Assembly: GCF_009914755.1 (NCBI RefSeq)
Contig: NC_060936.1
Length of the DNA: 64,000 nucleotides
Strand: one strand, 5' to 3'
Source: the human T2T-CHM13v2.0 reference genome, Homo sapiens
Positions 61,102 to 64,000 of this stretch are shown here, piece by piece. The notes below the pieces were generated by a model. That model made no database searches and was not told where the DNA came from. It saw only the letters and a list, made by a program, of their open reading frames with translations. Positions within the stretch are counted from its first letter, which is position 1. Each line of letters opens with the position of its first letter. The translations under genes were made by a program, and so were the position numbers.

Positions 61102-63058
61102 AATAGGGATTTCAAGCTTGTAATTTTCTTTCTTTGGTTCGCTCTGGCACTATCAATTTCTTTTCATCTCCACTTGTTCACTCACCTTCACCTCCCAACA
61201 TGGTATAATATCTCCTATGTTAAAAACAAGCAAAAGCCATCTTTTGTTTACCATGCCCCCATACACACGATTCTAATTTTCTTATATTTCTTCTTAACAT
61301 TTCTCTAATTTTCTTGACAACAAAAATGTTCAAAAATCTCTCTGTGCTTACTGTTTCATCCTACTTTTCCTTTATGTTAATTAGGCTTTTTCCTTCACTA
61401 TTTCTATGAAAACACTCCAGTCAAAGTCACCATTAACCTCCACATGAACACATCTAATGGCTAGTTCTCAGAATTCATCTCACGCACCAGATAAGCATTC
61501 AAAAAAAAAAAAGATTATTCCCTTTTCATAACATACATTCTTCTCTAAAATACAGTGTTCCCTAGGACACCGTTCTCTTCAATTTCCTTTTGCTTCATTC
61601 ACAACCCAATCCTCCCTCAGATTTGGATTCCTCCTTAAATTAATTTAAAATGTTGTTGTGTCCCAGAATTCAGTTCTTGGTCCTCTTGTTTTTTTTTTAA
61701 TTTATCCTGGGATGAACTAAATTGGATAGTACCCATAGAATGGCCAGAATGGGAATTAATCTCTTGTAACCTCATGACTTAATAGCCATACATTGATAAT
61801 GTCCAAAATTATATTTCCATACCATTGCTTGATCTCCAGAACCACATATCTGACTGGATTCTTGGCATATTGACTTTGATATATTTTAGGATTTTTTAAC
61901 TTAACACATCAAAAAATGAGTGACTCTTCCCAATGAGTTTCTCCATCTCGATAAATGAATATTCCATACCTACGGTTCCTCTGCCAAAAACTTGGAATCA
62001 CCTTTGACTTTTCTTGCTGCTCTCACATGAATTAAACATGTCAGAAAATATTGTTCACCTTGGAAAATATGGAAGCACAGTTATTAATTATGGAAATATT
62101 GTTGATTGAGAATACCTTAAAAGAAATGCTGAGTTAACATGATAGGAGGATTCATTCTCACTCTGTTCTTTAACAGTCTTTCCATTCTCACATCTTATGC
62201 CTGTTTCAGAGGACACTTTTTAAGTGGGGCCTAAATTGGATAGTACCCAGAGAATGGCCAGAATGACAATTAATTCAGAATTATTTACAAAAAAAGAAAT
62301 AGGGAAAAATGAAGATGAAAGCCAGAGTTATCAAAGGCATAAGGGAAACAAAAATAAACTAAAAGCAGAAGAAAAATAAATGGCCACAAGGAGGAGACAG
62401 AGGATGGATATAGGATGGAATTTATTTTTAAATGTATTAATATAGTCACCCAATTAGGTGAGTATGCCTGACCAGGATAATAAAATGTCTGAATTAAAAT
62501 GAAGCACTGTGAAGACAGGCTGATTGATTCAAATCCTGGATCAACACTTACTTGCCCTGTGGCTTTTGGCAAGTTACTGAGCCTCTGTGCTTTATTTTTC
62601 TTAGCAGTAAATTTGTCATAAGTTTAATGCCTACCACAAATGTAACTGATAAAAGCATATAGAAAGAGCAATAAATGGCAGCTGTCATAGTGGAAGTAAG
62701 TTTGGATTATTCTGGATTATCTTAAAAAAAGGAAGAAAGCTGGGACATTGCCCAAGCACTGACAGTGAAGCTTAAACAAACCAATTCTCATGAGCCCAAC
62801 CAGGGTCTGCCTCCAGCCTGTCTGGAAGAACTCGATTATATCACTTTTCTTCATTTGTAGCACTTTTCATGATGTAAAATTATGTTGATCTTTGCTTTCG
62901 ATGTAAAATTATATTGGTCTTTGCTTTCTATGTTTCTTTACTATCTGTGCTCCCCACCCTTTACTATAATACAAGCTCATTGCTTGTATGATTCATTAAC
63001 GATTAGTCCCCAGAAAATAGAAACATGCCTGGGACTTCCACAGTGATCAATAAACATA

Positions 63059-63817
63059 TGAAATGGGAAAAGTTCTCTTGTCCCCCTAGCAGAGTGTGCA
63101 ATGGAGGTATGGCTCGCTTCTTCAGTGCCCCGCTACTCAGACCTCTAGGGGAGGGGCAGGCTGTGGGGCTCCGGCCCCACGGTAGTGTCTAGGAGTAAAT
63201 GTTTGTATCTGAAGCCCCAGTGGGCGTGTGTTACAGGGTGCTCTTTTAGTTTAGCCGTCCATAGGTGGCTTGTGTTAGTCAGCTCAATTAGACCCCTACC
63301 TTATAGCAAGGACAGAGGCTTTCTGCATCCCAGGGTTCTTACCTTGGTGTACTGGAAGAATCAGATCACACGTGGGCTTGGAGAATGAGTGCAAGGTTTT
63401 AGTGAAAGGAAGTAGCTCTCAGCGGATGGTGGAGCCAAAAGGGTGATGGTTTTCCCCTGGAGTCTGGCCACTCAGTGGCCCAGGCTCTCCTCTGATTGTC
63501 CCGGCCAAACTCTGCCTTGTTTCACCAGTTGGTGGCCTGCCGATATGCTCTTGACGTCCAGCCACTTATGTCTTGTTCCATTGATGACTACTCTCAATGT
63601 CCAGCCACTTATGTGTCTGCCTGCTAGGGTCTTGGGGGTTTTATAGGCACAGGATGGGGACATGCGGGCCAGGATGGTCTTGGGAAATGCAACATCTGGG
63701 CATGAAGGCAGGAGTGCCTGTCCTCATCCAGGTCGGTGGGCAAAGGCCCGGGTGTGGAGCCCTCGCCAGGGATCCGCCTTTCTCTATCCAGCACTTCTCT
63801 GCCCCACTTCTGTATCA
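63059..63817 (-). mobile_element. LTR1-family ERV1 solo LTR
   Basis: Minus strand starts TGATACAGAAGTGGGGCAG and ends CCCATTTCA; TSD cata. Confidence 0.85.
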
Positions 63818-64000
63818 CATATGTTCAAATAAATGATTAATTAATTGCCCTTGCCATGAAATTTTGTAGTAATTTTAAAGGAAAGTGCAATGGCAAATAT
63901 ACTTAACATACTATGAATCCTCAATTCAAATATACTTGATCAGACCACTTTCCCTCAATCAATCGCACTATTTCCCATAATCGCACTGAGTAGATTAGAT

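Overview
Primate DNA, almost certainly human: the Dectin-1 C-type lectin cluster of the NK complex (12p13). It contains CLEC12A coding exons 2-6 (+; exon 1 lies upstream of the window), all of CLEC1B/CLEC-2 (-, 229 aa), all of CLEC12B (+, 276 aa), and the probable non-coding first exon of CLEC9A (~59.1-59.4 kb). These sit among Alu, L1, THE1/MST, ERV1 LTR, MER9, LTR12 and Tigger1 elements. The main find is a dead C-type lectin paralogue between CLEC12B and CLEC9A. Its CTLD exons 4, 5 and probably 6 lie on the - strand (57308-57466, ~56230-56383, ~48586-48750), but its 99-nt transmembrane exon 2 lies on the + strand (59869-59967). A ~1.7-kb inversion (58915-60653), marked by a 55-bp inverted breakpoint duplication in a split L1, explains the strand switch. 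The flipped exon 1 and promoter appear to have been recycled as the CLEC9A 5' UTR exon (inference). Other findings: an old ~3-kb inverted duplication (32358-35812 vs 60740-64000), a CLEC12A C-terminus and poly(A) site donated by an antisense ERV, a palindromic bidirectional poly(A) signal at the CLEC1B 3' end, and a coding haplotype that differs from the canonical proteins as recalled. Repeat subfamily names come from memory of consensus sequences, not from a search.
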